Part shown: positions 40,330 to 42,439 of the stretch, piece after piece
Numbering within the stretch: the stretch's first letter is position 1
Layout: each line of letters starts with the position of its first letter
From: Chloroflexota bacterium
GTDB lineage: Bacteria; Chloroflexota; Anaerolineae; 4572-78
DNA length: 42,439 nt
NCBI GenBank assembly: GCA_011192195.1
Contig: DUEH01000001.1
Location: 11,559 to 53,997, forward strand
Direction of reading: 5' to 3'
Program-made: the position numbers and the translations under genes
The notes under the pieces: model-generated
Told to the model about the DNA's origin: nothing
The model's database searches: none
Seen by the model: the letters and a program-made list of their open reading frames with translations, nothing else

Positions 40330-41790
40330 ATGATTGAACTCAACCGCCTTTCAATACAATACGGCAGCGTTAGCGCTCTGGAAGAAACCTCTCTGACTAT
40401 CCAGCCGGGAGAATTTGTGTTGATTACCGGACCGTCCGGCTGCGGTAAAACCACTCTGGGGCGAGCTATCACCGGTCTTATTCCGCACGCCATACCGGCT
40501 GTCGTCAACGGTTCAGTAGTGGTGAATGGGCTGGAAACCGGAGCGCATTCGCTGCCGACGCTGGCGCAAAACGCGGGAATGGTCTTTCAAAACCCGGCCT
40601 CGCAACTCTTTCATCTCACCGTGCAGGATGAAGTGGCTTTTGGCCCGCATAACCTGGGATTGCCTGAAGACGAAGTGAGCCGGCGCGTCGAATGGGCGCT
40701 GACCATTACCGGGCTGAATGATCTGGAGCAACGCTCCCCCCCCGAACTATCGGGCGGTCAACAGCAGCGAGTAGCCATTGCGGCGGCGCTGTCTATGCGT
40801 CCCCGGGTACTGGTACTCGATGAACCTATGGCTTCGCTCGATGTGCCCGGCGTTCGTCAGGTGATGTCGGCGCTGGCTGACCTAAACCGGCGTCACGGCA
40901 TCACCATCATCCTGATCGAACATCGTCTGGCCGAGGCGGCTCGTTTGGCCGGGCGCGTCATCCTGATGGATCGGGGGCGGATCGTCGCTGATGGTCCCCC
41001 CGATCGCGTTTTGGCTGACCGTCCCTTGCTGCGCCGTCTCGGCATCCGTCGCCCCACCAGTGAAGCGCCAATGAATTGGGAGCGATTGCTTCAATCCAAC
41101 GGTCGCGCATCCCGCGGATACGCACTGCCTTCAACGTCTCCCCTGTTGGAACTGCGCGACGTGCAGGCCGGCTTCTCGCGTTGTCCGGTGTTAACGGGCG
41201 TCAACCTTGAGCTCTACCCCGGTGATTTCGTGGCCCTCGTCGGCGACAACGGCGCGGGCAAAAGCACTCTGGGGCTGGTTGCGGCGGGATTACTCAAGCC
41301 GCAGCGCGGCTCGGTCTCTTTTAATGGAGGCCAGCGCTCACTCCCCGGTCTTGATGTGGGGCTGCTCTTTCAAAATCCGGTACACCAACTCTTCACCGAC
41401 CTGGTAGATGATGAAGTCGCCTTTGGTCCGCGCAACTACGAGCGCTTCGCCTCCGCCGATCACGAGCAAATTCTAAGTCAGGCCGATCTGCTCTCACTGC
41501 GCAACCGCGCTCCAATGACCCTCTCGGCCGGCCAGCAGCAACGACTGACCCTGGCCGCAACCCTGTCGCTGCGCCCAAAACTGGTTATCCTCGACGAACC
41601 GACAATGGGCCAGGATTGGAGGCATTTGCAGCAACTTATGGCCTTTGTGAACGAACTCAACCGGCAGGGTACTGCTATTTTGCTGATCACGCACGATTAT
41701 AAACTGGTTCATCACTACGCTCGACGGGTAGCGCTTTTGCGTCAGGGGAAGATTGTGGCAGAAGGGATTCCAAAGGATGAAGGATGGTAA
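40330..41790 (+). CDS. fused double ABC ATPase of an ECF-type transporter (EcfA-EcfA' / YkoD/CbiO-like)
   Basis: Two complete cassettes: GPSGCGKTT...LSGGQQQRVAIA...LVLDEP and GDNGAGKST...LSAGQQQRLTLA...VILDEP. I placed the start at MIELNRL because the ORF-track start at 40222 lies inside the MITE. Confidence 0.8.
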   Translation: MIELNRLSIQYGSVSALEETSLTIQPGEFVLITGPSGCGKTTLGRAITGLIPHAIPAVVNGSVVVNGLETGAHSLPTLAQNAGMVFQNPASQLFHLTVQDEVAFGPHNLGLPEDEVSRRVEWALTITGLNDLEQRSPPELSGGQQQRVAIAAALSMRPRVLVLDEPMASLDVPGVRQVMSALADLNRRHGITIILIEHRLAEAARLAGRVILMDRGRIVADGPPDRVLADRPLLRRLGIRRPTSEAPMNWERLLQSNGRASRGYALPSTSPLLELRDVQAGFSRCPVLTGVNLELYPGDFVALVGDNGAGKSTLGLVAAGLLKPQRGSVSFNGGQRSLPGLDVGLLFQNPVHQLFTDLVDDEVAFGPRNYERFASADHEQILSQADLLSLRNRAPMTLSAGQQQRLTLAATLSLRPKLVILDEPTMGQDWRHLQQLMAFVNELNRQGTAILLITHDYKLVHHYARRVALLRQGKIVAEGIPKDEGW

Positions 41791-41915
41791 CTACTAACCC
41801 CCCTCCAAACCTCCCCCCGAAATCAAGGGGAGGCTTTTAACTTCCCCCGTCAACGGGGGGAGAGCCTGCCCCGCTTTACCGGGTATTGAGGGGGGTAGGT
41901 GAGTAGTTACGAAGG
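41787..41915. repeat. family B repeat, copy 2
   Basis: Aligns with 5815-5941. TIR-like ends GTAACTACT (41787-) and AGTAGTTAC (-41910). The left end overlaps the ATPase stop codon TAA. Confidence 0.85.
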
Positions 41916-41926
41916 ATGAAAAAACA

Positions 41927-42439
41927 ATGAAATTCAACACCAGAGAACTCGTTACCTTAGCCGTTTTTGGGGCGCTGTGGGGCGTGGTTGAAGTTAGCCT
42001 CGGCTCGTTGCTGCACGTGCTGAATGTGCCGCTGACCGGTTTGTTTATGACGGCGGTCGGCATTGCCATTGCCCTGGTCGGACGATTGTACGTACCCAAA
42101 CCCGGGGCAACCGTCTTCATCGGGCTGATTGCCGCCCTGCTCAAGATGTTCAGCTTGGGGGGCATCGTCATCAACCCTATGATCGGCATCATCGCCGCGT
42201 CGCTGTTGGCCGAAATTGTTCTCACCGCTTTTCGCCGTCCGCGACGACTGGCTTTTGTTCTGGCGGGCGGACTGGCTGTTTTGTGGACGCTGGTTCATCC
42301 CTTTTTAACCCAAAGCTTCCTGGCTGGACGCGGCGTTCTGGTCATCTGGCTGGATTTGCTGGACGAAGGGATACGCTTGTTTGGGCTAAATTCAAACGCG
42401 GCCTGGGTCATCGTTGCCGCGTTGGTTTTGTTGCGCTTG
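41927..42439 (+). CDS. polytopic membrane protein, candidate ECF S-component (3' end lies outside the window)
   Basis: I translated this myself because it is open to the window end and so is absent from the ORF track. MKFNTRELVTLAVFGALWGVVEVSLG... resembles the N-termini of ECF substrate-capture subunits. At least 5 hydrophobic helices are present. Confidence 0.5.
   Translation, partial: MKFNTRELVTLAVFGALWGVVEVSLGSLLHVLNVPLTGLFMTAVGIAIALVGRLYVPKPGATVFIGLIAALLKMFSLGGIVINPMIGIIAASLLAEIVLTAFRRPRRLAFVLAGGLAVLWTLVHPFLTQSFLAGRGVLVIWLDLLDEGIRLFGLNSNAAWVIVAALVLLRL

Overview
The window is GC-rich bacterial chromosomal DNA. It looks like a whole contig that starts exactly on a dispersed repeat. Gene content and repeat style suggest a Chloroflexota-like filamentous bacterium, but this is inference only with no search behind it. 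Housekeeping and envelope genes fill the first 18 kb: a DUF2085 membrane protein, a UvrD-like helicase, a THUMP RNA methyltransferase, a tyrosine recombinase sitting directly upstream of rpoC with no rpoB, rpsU, two Pro/Thr-rich sortase-type surface proteins, and a bactofilin-like membrane protein divergent from a duplicated DUF2207 protein. At 18.4-21.6 kb a SARP/BTAD regulator gene is cut off by a 131-bp palindromic element. It is followed by nested IS transposase remnants, a tRNA-Arg-like 3' fragment and an intact tRNA-Leu(GAG). Next come a xanthine-dehydrogenase-family operon interrupted by an Rpn-family nuclease gene, clpS, and a translationally coupled MBL / Cys-Met-PLP-enzyme / membrane protein / nitroreductase operon. 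A dihaem cytochrome c follows, then a Rieske / cytochrome b / subunit IV-heptahaem complex nested between a haem-sensor (DUF3365) histidine kinase and its NarL-type regulator. The strongest candidate for something new is at 39.3-42.4 kb. A structured leader with an intrinsic terminator looks like a Moco (molybdenum cofactor) riboswitch. It controls a P-loop NTPase, a fused double ECF-type ABC ATPase and an S-component-like membrane protein, so it may be a cofactor-responsive ECF uptake system. The window is also crowded with small repeats. At least ten intergenic arrays of period-7 tandem repeats start at or near stop codons and usually form hairpins. There are several MITE-like families, one with perfect 17-bp terminal inverted repeats (TIRs) and an 8-bp target-site duplication (TSD). 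All product calls rest on motif recognition by eye; no database search was run.
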